Shown here in pieces: positions 9,476 to 18,660 of a stretch of DNA of 64,000 nucleotides. Where the stretch lies: sequence record LC727699.1. One strand, given 5' to 3'. Each line of letters starts with the position of its first letter. The stretch's first letter is position 1. The notes below the pieces were generated by a model. That model had not been told where the DNA came from. It saw nothing but the letters and a program-made list of their open reading frames with translations, and searched no databases. Position numbers and translations under genes: made by a program.

Positions 9476-10823
9476 TGATCAAGTATTACCTGCTTTCCGA
9501 TACAAAGTAGGTGAAGAGGATATGATCAGTATTCTCGATCCACTTGGTCGACCTGCACCTGCAAAGGTAGATGGTAAGCGACTAGTGGTACCTACTAAAG
9601 ATTGGCTTCGTAAAGGGCTAGGCGATGATTACATCGCCTTCCACCCGCTATCTGAAAAGATCTCTCGGCTAGGTACTTCTCAAGTACTACAGCATATGCA
9701 GCGTCAAGTTAAGGCTAATCTAATGTTTACTGTGAAGTATCTTACTTCACGTATTTTAGAAGTAGCTGCCGACTCCACTCTGCATAAAGACATTCCACCA
9801 GAATGTTCAGACTTCCTAAAGAAACTATCCGGTGCTAAGCCAGATACCATTGAGTGGTTTAATAAGGTTGTCAAAGCTGCTGAAAAACGTTCACGTTTTG
9901 TAAGCGTGTATCTAAAAGCAAATGGTAAATTTGATGGGAAGACAGTTAACCGTATCTGCGTTATTCGGTTCCCTATCGTAGAGGATCTTTATTCTAAAGA
10001 TGATATCCTTGGAGTAAATGTACCTAAGAAACAGCGGCCAGTTCTAATCGAACTATTTAAACTAGTTGTACCATTTGGTGATTCACCAACTGAATATTCA
10101 GCAGGAACAGTTGAGCGGGTAGCACCTTATTTTGTATGTCTTATCCAGGCATTTAACAAAATCACTACTCAACTAAATAGTGTTATTGATAAGTATCGCC
10201 TGATCTTCGATGATGCTATTCAACCTTATTCAAAAGTTGATGAGAAGGTGATTGCTGATTTTGCAAAGATGCAACGTGAGATCCCCTCTCTTGATGGTAA
10301 TGAAGGAGTCAGCAATGAAGTAGAAGAAGAAGCTTCTGAAACTGTAAACCCAGTTGCCCAAATTCCTGTCCAGAAAAAGGATAGTGTAGTTAAAGTGGGT
10401 AATACTGCTAAAGAACAAACTACTTCTACACGTGTACCAGTAGGCACAACTGTGAATGTTAATCCATCTATGAGTCAAGCTGTAGCAATGACTCAGGCGC
10501 CTCAACGTCCCGCACAACAAGTTCAAACTAGCAATAAAGCATCTATCCAAGATCTTCTAAACGCTGGGCAGAAAAACCAATTTGCTCAACCCGGAATGAT
10601 GCAACAACCTGTTATGATGAACAATAACTTTGCAATGCCTGGGATGATGCAGCCACAGCAACCAATGATGGCTAATATGCATCCGCAAATGATGCAACTC
10701 ATGGGCAATCAAATGCCGATGGGTGGTGGATTTGCACAAGCACTAAACCCCGCTCTAGCTGGTAATGGTAACACCGCGATGATGAATCTAGGTGGAAACC
10801 AAATGATGGGTCGTCTACTGTAA
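9444..10823 (+). CDS. Conserved chimallivirus protein (gp70 position) with Met/Gln/Pro/Gly-rich C-terminal tail
   Basis: About 460-aa ORF overlapping the picA stop; low-complexity tail seen directly. Confidence 0.75.
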   Translation: MPTISLSKFYSDQVLPAFRYKVGEEDMISILDPLGRPAPAKVDGKRLVVPTKDWLRKGLGDDYIAFHPLSEKISRLGTSQVLQHMQRQVKANLMFTVKYLTSRILEVAADSTLHKDIPPECSDFLKKLSGAKPDTIEWFNKVVKAAEKRSRFVSVYLKANGKFDGKTVNRICVIRFPIVEDLYSKDDILGVNVPKKQRPVLIELFKLVVPFGDSPTEYSAGTVERVAPYFVCLIQAFNKITTQLNSVIDKYRLIFDDAIQPYSKVDEKVIADFAKMQREIPSLDGNEGVSNEVEEEASETVNPVAQIPVQKKDSVVKVGNTAKEQTTSTRVPVGTTVNVNPSMSQAVAMTQAPQRPAQQVQTSNKASIQDLLNAGQKNQFAQPGMMQQPVMMNNNFAMPGMMQPQQPMMANMHPQMMQLMGNQMPMGGGFAQALNPALAGNGNTAMMNLGGNQMMGRLL

Positions 10824-10834
10824 CACGGCATAAA

Positions 10835-10858
10835 CCAGGGGGCCTAAGGGTCCCCTGG
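10835..10858. terminator. Bidirectional hairpin between convergent genes
   Basis: CCAGGGG...CCCCTGG stem between stops at 10823 (+) and 10865 (-). Confidence 0.65.
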
Positions 10859-10864
10859 CTTGCT

Positions 10865-11239
10865 TTAAAACTTTTTAGTTTGATATAAGCTAACGAGGTG
10901 TTGAATCATGTCGTTATTCGGTATGATTAAATAGCTGGTGTAATCATTAGCTGAAGGATCCCTTAGAACTTTACCAAAATCATAAGGGCTAACTAAACCA
11001 TTAACACGCATTTGAATCCACCACATATCAGGATTGACACGGCGTTCTGCCATGTATCCATAAAAGTTTCCTTCGAACTGGTAATACAGTTCAGGTGGAA
11101 TTTGAATACGTGTGGATCTGACATTACGTAAGATATTCAAATGAGTCTCAATAATTAATCTGAACCCTGGTTCATAATAAACAGATTCACCTGAATCTGG
11201 CTGATTAGCTAACAGTGTGAATGCCATAACAAATTCCAA
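10865..11239 (-). CDS. Small protein, possibly LysM/T4 gp53-like baseplate component
   Basis: 124-aa ORF; WWIQMRVNGLVSPYDF resembles the gp53/LysM-type W-x-I-x-x-x-N motif; inference. Confidence 0.5.
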   Translation of the reverse strand: MEFVMAFTLLANQPDSGESVYYEPGFRLIIETHLNILRNVRSTRIQIPPELYYQFEGNFYGYMAERRVNPDMWWIQMRVNGLVSPYDFGKVLRDPSANDYTSYLIIPNNDMIQHLVSLYQTKKF

Positions 11240-11248
11240 TAAATTTTA

Positions 11249-11272
11249 TTTAAGATCTATATCATTGATTTG
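11249..11272 (+). promoter_or_regulatory. Early-type promoter variant TTTAAGATCTATATCATTGA
   Basis: Same TTT-x-AGATCTATAT scaffold as the 6170 copy; precedes the RNAP beta operon. Confidence 0.45.
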
Positions 11273-11291
11273 TAATTAGTAAACAGGAGGT

Positions 11292-11411
11292 ATGAGATTG
11301 GTGATACCAGACATTGAAGTCTTACAAAAGGCTATATCTAAAAACAGCGCAAATAAGAAATATAGTAGTACTGCATCTTGTCTAATTAATGGTGATAAAC
11401 AAAATGGCTGA
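11292..11411 (+). CDS. 39-aa leader ORF MRLVIPDIEVLQKAISKNSANKKYSSTASCLINGDKQNG
   Basis: Strong AGGAGG SD; TGA 11409-11411 overlaps ATG 11404 of the RNAP subunit; below the ORF-track cutoff. Confidence 0.55.
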   Translation: MRLVIPDIEVLQKAISKNSANKKYSSTASCLINGDKQNG

Positions 11412-12582
11412 ACTAGGTAAACGTGAAATTGATCTAACCCTATTAGGGCATACTGGTTTAGATCCTTGGTATGGCACTACCTCATCTGCACGGGGTGCTA
11501 TGTTTGTAACACATATTGGCCAGGCACCAGAAGTAAATGGAAATGAATCACGTTATTTCCTAACGGGTGCTGAATTAGAGTATGCCAAGTATACACATGA
11601 TGTTCGTTTTCCTGAGGATTGTCGTGTACTACATGTTCTTAGAAAATATCCAACGGGTATTGGTAAAGACAGTATTAGATCTAACCCGGTAACAACTATT
11701 ATCTACGAAAACTATTTTGACAAATATAAAACCATTGGTGTCTTACATGTTCCCGAGTACATGAGTCATCACCAAGACTTTGGTTATGAACTTGTAAAGA
11801 ATCGAGAAGTGTGGGAAACCATTGCCCCAAATGAAATGTTCTCTAAAGACACAGTGATTGCACAGTCTGGTGCAGTTAAGAAAGACGGTACTTTAGGGAT
11901 GGGTGTTAATGCTAATGTTGTATTCCTATCTGCCGCTGGTACCATTGAAGATGGATTCGTAGCTAATAAGAATTTCCTTAAAAGGATGATGCCAACTAGT
12001 TATAGCACGGCTGTAGCTAATGCTGGTAGGAAAGCTTTCTTCTTAAACATGTATGGCGATGATAAGGTCTATAAACCATTCCCAGACATTGGCGATGTTA
12101 TCCGACCAGATGGTGTAATCTTCGCCATCCGTGACCATGATGATGATCTAGCTCCTGCCGAGATGACTCCTAGGGCACTTCGTACACTAGATAGAACTTT
12201 CGATAGAGCTGTTATTGGCACACCTGGTGCGAAGGTTATTGATATTGATATTTGGCGTGATGAGCGTGTAAATCCATCCCCTACTCCAACAGGAATGGAT
12301 GCACAACTAGTTAAATATCATACTCATCTTAGCAGTTATTATCGAGAACTATTAAAGATCTATCGTGGTCTATTAGCACGTCGTAAAGATGATCTACATA
12401 TCACTGAGGAATTTGAACGTCTTATTGTAACTGCACAGATGTTCCTACCTCAACCTGATAATGTCCGTAAACTATCTCGATTCTATCGACTAGACCCACT
12501 AGATGAATGGCGAGTCGAAGTAACTTACAAAGCCCAAAAGATGCCTGCTGGTGCTTTCAAGATGACTGATTTTCATGGTGGT
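11404..12582 (+). CDS. nvRNAP beta subunit C-terminal part, exon 1 (phiKZ gp71 homolog)
   Basis: RpoB-like motifs (SSARGAMF, GTIEDG); ends ...KMTDFHGG, the first half of the RpoB GDK-x-x-x-RHG-x-KG motif. Confidence 0.9.
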
Positions 12583-12889
12583 AATTAATATCCATCCATC
12601 TCTCAGGAATGGATATTGTCAAATTGCCTGCTTGATCTCGAAAGAGTCAAGTAAATCCTCTCTAATTGCTGGGACATCTCAATGAGACAATCAGCAGCGA
12701 AGCTTTCCAGAAATGGATTGAACGTTCAACGACTATCCGGTTACGCGGAGTACACTCAAGCGAGTGGAAATGGGAGGGACCTGACCACCTAGGGTGAAGG
12801 TTAAGATATAGTCTGGTCTGCATGGTGACATGCAGCTGCCTGCAATACGAGAGGCGGGGTAAGCGTAGCGAACTTACCTGAACATAACG
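12583..12889 (+). mobile_element. Group I self-splicing intron, subclass IA2, 307 nt, no homing endonuclease ORF
   Basis: P AATTGCTGGGA 12664, Q AATCAGCAGC 12689, R GTTCAACGACTA 12724, S AAGATATAGTCT 12803; P7 GACTA/TAGTC; P3 CCTCTC/GGGAGG; P7.1 and P7.2 stems; exon ends in U, intron ends in G; splicing restores in-frame FHGG|KGVICKV. Confidence 0.93.
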
Positions 12890-13813
12890 AAGGGCGTCAT
12901 CTGTAAGGTAATGGAAGATGAAGATATGCCTATTGACGAAAATGGTAATAGGGCAGATCTAATTATCTTTGGTGGTTCAACCATGCGTCGTTCAAATTAT
13001 GGTCGAATTTATGAACATGGTTTTGGCGCAGCTGCACGAGATCTAGCTCAACGCCTACGCGTTGAAGCTGGACTAGATCGACATGCCAAACCAACCCAGC
13101 AACAACTAAATAGTGTAATGGGTAATACGCAATGGGTTGATTATGCATTTAAAGAACTATTAGGTTTCTATGAGATCATTGCTCCAACAATGCATAGTAA
13201 AATGATGGAACACCCAAATCCAGCAGAACATGTTAAAACAGTACTAATGGATGGATTCCCATATATCTACGCACCAGTTGATGATCCAGTGGATCTAATG
13301 GCAGCAGTCAACAAATTAATTAATAGCGATAAGTATCGACCACACTATGGGAAGGTATCTTATCGAGATCAAGCTGGTAAGTGGGTAACAACTAAAGATA
13401 ATGTCTTAATGGGTCCACTTTACATGATGCTACTAGAAAAGATTGGTGAAGACTGGTCAGCAGCAGCATCTGTAAAAACACAACCATTTGGTCTACCTTC
13501 TAAGTTAAACAATGCTGATAGGGCTAGCACACCTGGTCGAGAAACAGCTATCCGGTCATTCGGTGAATCTGAAACTCGGTCATATAACTGTACAGTTGGT
13601 CCAGGTCCGACTGCTGAAATCTTAGACCAAACTAATAACCCATTGGCGCATGCTGCGGTTATCGAGTCTTGGCTAACAGCAGAAAAACCTTCATCTGTAC
13701 CAGTTGCAGTTGATCGTGAAAAGATTCCATTTGGTGGATCTCGCCCAGTAGCTATGTTTGATCACCTGCTTGAATGTAGTGGTATTGCATTAGAATATGC
13801 CCCTGATCATTGA
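12890..13813 (+). CDS. nvRNAP beta subunit C-terminal part, exon 2 (phiKZ gp73 homolog); spliced product about 700 aa
   Basis: KGVICKVMEDEDMP..G..ADLII, RRSNYGRI, GPLYMMLLEK and RSFGESE match RpoB C-terminal motifs. Confidence 0.9.
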   Translation, partial: KGVICKVMEDEDMPIDENGNRADLIIFGGSTMRRSNYGRIYEHGFGAAARDLAQRLRVEAGLDRHAKPTQQQLNSVMGNTQWVDYAFKELLGFYEIIAPTMHSKMMEHPNPAEHVKTVLMDGFPYIYAPVDDPVDLMAAVNKLINSDKYRPHYGKVSYRDQAGKWVTTKDNVLMGPLYMMLLEKIGEDWSAAASVKTQPFGLPSKLNNADRASTPGRETAIRSFGESETRSYNCTVGPGPTAEILDQTNNPLAHAAVIESWLTAEKPSSVPVAVDREKIPFGGSRPVAMFDHLLECSGIALEYAPDH

Positions 13814-13843
13814 TCAGGGGTTTAATAATACAAGAGGTAAATA

Positions 13844-15877
13844 ATGAATCTTAATCGTTATAAAGCGCGTGATCTTCTAAATCTAAGTTATGATGATTTA
13901 TGGTCACTCCCTTCAGAATGGCATCTAATCGAATTTGATGATGGTAAAACGGTTGTGTCAGTTGACCGTATTACCAAATTATCCGTTCTGTGTTGGTATC
14001 CTCTTAAACATTATAAAGATTGCCCAATTCCATCTGATCACCATATCGATTTCAATCGCATCTTAACTGATAACCCTAAAGATTATCTAAATGTTGAAGG
14101 TGGCCGAGTAACATCTAAGGCCATGGTTAAGCATTTAAATAAGGCTATTTGGAACATCTATGATTGGTCAGGTGAAACAGTAGATCCTGAAGTACTATCT
14201 AAACTGGCTATTGAAGGTAAGAACTGGCTGTATAATCAGACCACTGTGAAACTGTCTGAATATCTAGCAACCTTGTCGATGTTTGATATTGCTGAAGTAT
14301 ATAATCATCCCAAGGTACGTGAGGCTAACCATAATATCGAACCAACTACTTATGGTATCGAAAAAATTAGTTATGGTAAAGTCAAAGAAGTATTTAATGA
14401 TCCTACCCAATTCATTGGTAACAGCATCATTGAAGGTCTTCGTTCTGGTACTCAGAAAACTGAACAGCTTCTACAAGCATTTGCTTGGCGGGGCTTTCCA
14501 ACTGACATTAACTCAGATATCTTTAAATATCCGGTAACAACTGGTTATATTGATGGTATTTGGAATCTGTATGAGAATATGATTGAATCTCGTTCAGGTA
14601 CTAAAGCACTACTATATAACAAAGAACTACTGCGAGTAACTGAATACTTTAACCGGAAATCTCAGCTTATTGCACAATATGTCCAAAGGCTACATCCTGG
14701 TGATTGTAAGACCACAATCTTAGCTGAGTATCCTGTAACTAAGTTAACTTTAAAAGCATTCAAAGGAAAATATTATCAAAAAGAAGATGGTAAACTAGAC
14801 TGGATCCGTGGAAATGAAACACACCTAATTGGAACTAAACAGAAATTCAGGTCTGTATTTGGATGTAATCATCCAGATAGTCAGGGTATCTGTATGACTT
14901 GTTATGGCCGACTAGGTATCAATATTCCAAAAGGAACTAATATCGGTCAGGTTGCTGCCGTATCGATGGGTGACAAAATTACTTCAGCAGTATTGTCTAC
15001 TAAACACACCGATGCGTCTTCTGCTGTAGAACAATATAAACTTGGCAAAATTGAAAGTAATTATTTAAGAACAGGTGAAATCCCAGAGACACTATATCTA
15101 AAGAAAGAACTTACTCAGAAGGATTATCGTTTAGTAATCGCACGGTCAGAGGCAGAAAACCTTGCTGACATTTTAATGATTGATGACCTTACTGCATATC
15201 CAGCTACTTCAGCTACTGAACTAACCAGCCTGGCCCTAGTCTATGATGATGAGGTGAATGGTGAATGTGGTGATGTTCTGACTGTGTCGCTGTATAACCG
15301 TAGGGCTAGTCTATCTATTGAAATGCTAAAGCATATTAAGATGGTCCGTTGGGAACTAGATCAGCGAGACAATATCGTCATTAGTCTTCGTGGTTTTGAT
15401 TTTAACCTACCATTCTTAACGCTACCAAATAAGCACGTAAACATGTATGAAGTAATGAAACGATTCCAAAGTTTCTTACATTCCGGTAGTGACTCAGCCG
15501 AGGCAGGTAAACTAAGCACTGAGAAAGTTGGATATACGTCTAAAACGTATCTTAAAAACTACAAGTCACCAATTGAAGCACTACCTGTATTTGCAACAAT
15601 GGCTAATGAAAAGATTAGCCTTAATATTTCCCATTGTGAGATCTTGATATACGCTATGATGATCCGTTCAGCTCAATATCGAGACTATCGCTTACCTAAA
15701 CCCGGTATTAATGGCCAATTTGAAAAATATAATAGGCTAATGCAATGTCGTAGTTTAGGTGGTGCGATGGCTTTCGAAAAGCAGCATGAGCCACTAAATA
15801 ACCCAGGCAGTTTCCTTAACAAGATGAGGAATGACCATCCATATGACTTACTAGTTAAAGGTGGTAAACTGCGATAG
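13844..15877 (+). CDS. nvRNAP beta' subunit C-terminal part (phiKZ gp74 homolog)
   Basis: SGT switch region, Zn site C-x-H...GICMTCYG, GQVAAVSMGDKITSAVLSTKH (bridge/trigger region); AGAGGT SD. Confidence 0.9.
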   Translation: MNLNRYKARDLLNLSYDDLWSLPSEWHLIEFDDGKTVVSVDRITKLSVLCWYPLKHYKDCPIPSDHHIDFNRILTDNPKDYLNVEGGRVTSKAMVKHLNKAIWNIYDWSGETVDPEVLSKLAIEGKNWLYNQTTVKLSEYLATLSMFDIAEVYNHPKVREANHNIEPTTYGIEKISYGKVKEVFNDPTQFIGNSIIEGLRSGTQKTEQLLQAFAWRGFPTDINSDIFKYPVTTGYIDGIWNLYENMIESRSGTKALLYNKELLRVTEYFNRKSQLIAQYVQRLHPGDCKTTILAEYPVTKLTLKAFKGKYYQKEDGKLDWIRGNETHLIGTKQKFRSVFGCNHPDSQGICMTCYGRLGINIPKGTNIGQVAAVSMGDKITSAVLSTKHTDASSAVEQYKLGKIESNYLRTGEIPETLYLKKELTQKDYRLVIARSEAENLADILMIDDLTAYPATSATELTSLALVYDDEVNGECGDVLTVSLYNRRASLSIEMLKHIKMVRWELDQRDNIVISLRGFDFNLPFLTLPNKHVNMYEVMKRFQSFLHSGSDSAEAGKLSTEKVGYTSKTYLKNYKSPIEALPVFATMANEKISLNISHCEILIYAMMIRSAQYRDYRLPKPGINGQFEKYNRLMQCRSLGGAMAFEKQHEPLNNPGSFLNKMRNDHPYDLLVKGGKLR

Positions 15878-15936
15878 ACGTGGAGGACGTGAGGTTTGGG
15901 GAGCACTGCTCCCCTTACCGATCGTTGATTTTTTTA

Positions 15937-17474
15937 TGAAACCGATTCTTACAGCAGAACGATACACCCATGGTGTTCGTTTATCCGGTTACGATCGGGA
16001 AACATACTTAAAGATGACTGGATATCTTAATAAACTGGTTTTAAAAGAACCTAAGAAGATACCTGGTCAACGCACCATAATGGAAATAAAGAAAAAATAT
16101 TATGGTGAAACAGAAGATGGTAAATCTGTATTCATCCATCGTGAATGTCTTCAAGAACTTATTAATTATCTAGCCGATAAGAATATACCATCTACTAGAA
16201 TTGAAATTGTAGATATTCCTGTACCAACAGCTGTTAAAGTAGACTATACTTTATTTGAACATTATGTTCTAAGGGATTATCAGGAAACCATCCGCGAAGA
16301 TATTCTAAGACCACATTTACATTCAGCACGTGTTGATTTACAGACTGGTAAAGGTAAAACCTTAACTAGTTTAGCTTCAGTTGCAGTAATGAAAGAACGT
16401 GGTGTTGTTATGATTCCACCTAAATATTTCGGTATTTGGGAGAAAGCATTAAAAGAAACATTTGTTGGTTATGAAGATCAGCTAGGTATAAAATATTTAA
16501 AAGTATCTGGATCTGCTGAGTTACAGAATCTAATTAATCGCGGACTAGAGAATGATTTAGAGGGTGTTGAAATTATTCTCATTAGTTCTACAACATACCG
16601 TGCATATATCGATACTTTTGAACGATTAGGTGAAAAAATCGATGTAGTTGGATTTAATGTACCACCACCTAGATTCCATGAGGTTATTGGAGCAGGTTGG
16701 CAGATCAATGATGAGATTCAAGAAGATCCAGGATTAGTATTTCGTACTGATCTATATACCAATGTCAATAAACAAATCTATTTATCAGCTACTCCATACA
16801 CTGGTAATCAGTTTGTTACTAAAATGATTGATGTCATGCTACCTGCCACTACAAAGTGTAGGTTACCTGCATATGACTCATACATCAATGTTATTGGCTT
16901 GTTATATAGTGAACCAACTATTAAACCTAAGGACTATTTAACTCCATTTAAAAATACATATAACCATGCTCGTTATGAAACAGTAATGATGAAGAATCCT
17001 AGGCGACTAGACTTCTATTTAAAGATGGTTAAACGTATTGTAGATGGCGTTTATATAAAGGATCGTATTGAAGGTCAGAAATGTTTGCTATTATGCGCGA
17101 CTGTAAACTTTATCGATGTACTGACAGCTTATCTTAAGAAACAATATCCAGATCTTCAGATTAATAGACATGTTTCGGGTAGTCCGTATGATAGATTAAT
17201 GACTAATGATATCACTGTATCAACTATTAAATCATCTGGTACTGGTGTTGATATTAGGAATTTAAGGGAAGTTATTCTATTACAAGCAACTGACTCTAAA
17301 AAGGACAGCATCCAAATTCTTGGACGACTAAGACCATTGAAGAACTGGCCTGATGTAATACCAAGGTTAACATTCATGGTTTGTAATAACATACCTCATC
17401 ATTGCAGATACGCTAGAAATAAAGAAAATCATTTCATGGGTAAAACTAAAAGTATGCGCATGATGCGTTTATAG
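15937..17474 (+). CDS. Superfamily 2 helicase (gp75 position, UvsW/RAD25-like); probable start ATG 15937
   Basis: Walker A LQTGKGKT, motif II NDEIQED, motif III LSAT, motif V GTGVDI, motif VI QILGRLR. Confidence 0.88.
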
Positions 17475-17481
17475 TAAATGG

Positions 17482-17517
17482 CATAAATGATCCCTCCCTT
17501 AGTTGGGAGGGATTATG
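17482..17517 (+). terminator. CATAA-hairpin-TTATG element with long T tail
   Basis: ATCCCTCCC-TTAGTT-GGGAGGGAT stem followed by a T-rich run. Confidence 0.75.
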
Positions 17518-17532
17518 CTTTTTTTATTTTTT

Positions 17533-17572
17533 GTATTTAAAGCATTTTAAACAGTATATCACAAATGTGATA
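17533..17572 (+). promoter_or_regulatory. Early promoter, copy 1 of a conserved about-40-bp element
   Basis: GTATTTAAAGCATTTTAAACAGTATATCACAAATGTGATA; near-identical to 55260-55299. Confidence 0.7.
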
Positions 17573-17591
17573 AAACTATAGGGTATTTACA

Positions 17592-17657
17592 ATGAAGAAA
17601 AAATTGATTATGATTACAATTGTAGTTATAGCTTATAAACTATGGGAGTGGAAATAA
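17592..17657 (+). CDS. 21-aa membrane micro-peptide MKKKLIMITIVVIAYKLWEWK
   Basis: First ORF after the early promoter; TAATG-coupled to the next gene; basic N-terminus plus hydrophobic stretch. Confidence 0.5.
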   Translation: MKKKLIMITIVVIAYKLWEWK

Positions 17658-17914
17658 TGTATACAGTTGATCAGATCTTTGGTGCAACATGGCTTCTAGT
17701 CAGTACTTTGATCTTAGTTGATATTCTTCTAACATGCATGCTGATATTTATTATTAAAACATATCTTGAGTTTAAAGATATCTTTAATAAAAGTGCATGC
17801 CAGTACGCTATGCTTTTTCTCTCCGTAAGCATTGTATTAGTTACCATATGGGTAAGTACTATTGTTAGTTGCTGGACTAACTATTCACTGACATGTACAA
17901 CTTATCTATTTTGA
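17657..17914 (+). CDS. Small two-TM membrane protein; probable start ATG 17657
   Basis: Two hydrophobic segments; TAATG overlap with the upstream peptide. Confidence 0.65.
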   Translation: MYTVDQIFGATWLLVSTLILVDILLTCMLIFIIKTYLEFKDIFNKSACQYAMLFLSVSIVLVTIWVSTIVSCWTNYSLTCTTYLF

Positions 17915-17926
17915 TGAGGTGTCTAT

Positions 17927-18118
17927 ATGGCTCGGGTATTGTTATTTTTAGTACCACTATTAATTGCATTTAGTGGATTAATAACTTCAATTATATTTCT
18001 TGCTGCTGCTAAAACAATCAAACAAAAAGCAATGATTGTAAGTGGCTTGATTTGCAGTATGTTTACCCTTATGTTAGGGTTGTGGTTATTTAATATGATA
18101 ATCATGCATATTAAATAG
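17927..18118 (+). CDS. Small two-TM membrane protein (63 aa)
   Basis: GAGGT SD; two hydrophobic helices separated by KTIKQK. Confidence 0.65.
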   Translation: MARVLLFLVPLLIAFSGLITSIIFLAAAKTIKQKAMIVSGLICSMFTLMLGLWLFNMIIMHIK

Positions 18119-18173
18119 ACATGCTATGTAAGAACAATTGATCATTGTTCTCTAATAATAAGAGCATCCCACT

Positions 18174-18368
18174 ATGGTCTTTTTGTGTCAACTTATAGTA
18201 ATAGCCCTTGTGGCTAGTATGGGATATAAAAGTTATCAGATTTATCTTTATGTCAAGTTTGACTTAGATAAAGATAGTATTAAATCCCGGTATGTTCGCC
18301 AAAAGACACTGCTTGTTGTTTTATATGGCTTCTTTGCTTTATTCCCATTAGGATATCTGATGGTTTAA
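18174..18368 (+). CDS. Small two-TM membrane protein (64 aa)
   Basis: Hydrophobic N- and C-terminal segments with a charged loop. Confidence 0.6.
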   Translation: MVFLCQLIVIALVASMGYKSYQIYLYVKFDLDKDSIKSRYVRQKTLLVVLYGFFALFPLGYLMV

Positions 18369-18463
18369 TAAATATTACCCCGCCTTTTATTGGTGGGGTA
18401 ATATGCCATCTTTATATCAAAAGACTTTTGAATATCATATCCCACCCTGATAAGGAGTAGACC

Positions 18464-18607
18464 ATGCAAGTACGAATTGAGGTAATCAATAGTGAGGGCA
18501 ATCTGGATATCGAAGAACGGGTTGATATCCGCCCAATGAAGGGGTTAACGGCCTGGATGGTCGCTCTAGCTATCAAAGGTCTTGTAGCTAGCTTTGCACG
18601 TAAGTAA
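18464..18607 (+). CDS. 47-aa protein MQVRIEVINSEGNLDIEERVDIRPMKGLTAWMVALAIKGLVASFARK
   Basis: AAGGAG SD; stop followed by a hairpin; below the ORF-track cutoff. Confidence 0.65.
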   Translation: MQVRIEVINSEGNLDIEERVDIRPMKGLTAWMVALAIKGLVASFARK

Positions 18608-18612
18608 GGCGA

Positions 18613-18660
18613 CATAAACCCCTCTCCATGTGGAGAGGGGCCTGTCTTTATTTTTTTTTT
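18613..18660. terminator. Bidirectional hairpin CCCCTCTCC-ATGT-GGAGAGGGG with T tract
   Basis: Between convergent genes; CATAA upstream, long T run downstream. Confidence 0.7.

Noticed and set aside
10560-10810. ATGATG/CAACCA-type repeats suggesting a tandem DNA repeat or CRISPR array
   Set aside because: Imperfect codon-level repetition from the Met/Gln-rich protein tail; no fixed repeat-spacer period
11389-12588. Treating 11389-12588 and 12911-13813 as two genes or a pseudogene
   Set aside because: Explained by a group I intron; precise splicing restores one continuous RpoB-like frame
15878-15936. GACGTG direct repeat and GGGGAGCACTGCTCCCC hairpin before the helicase; ORF-track start at 15861
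   Set aside because: Short and single-copy; most simply a terminator/attenuator hairpin. The upstream in-frame extension is unlikely to be coding
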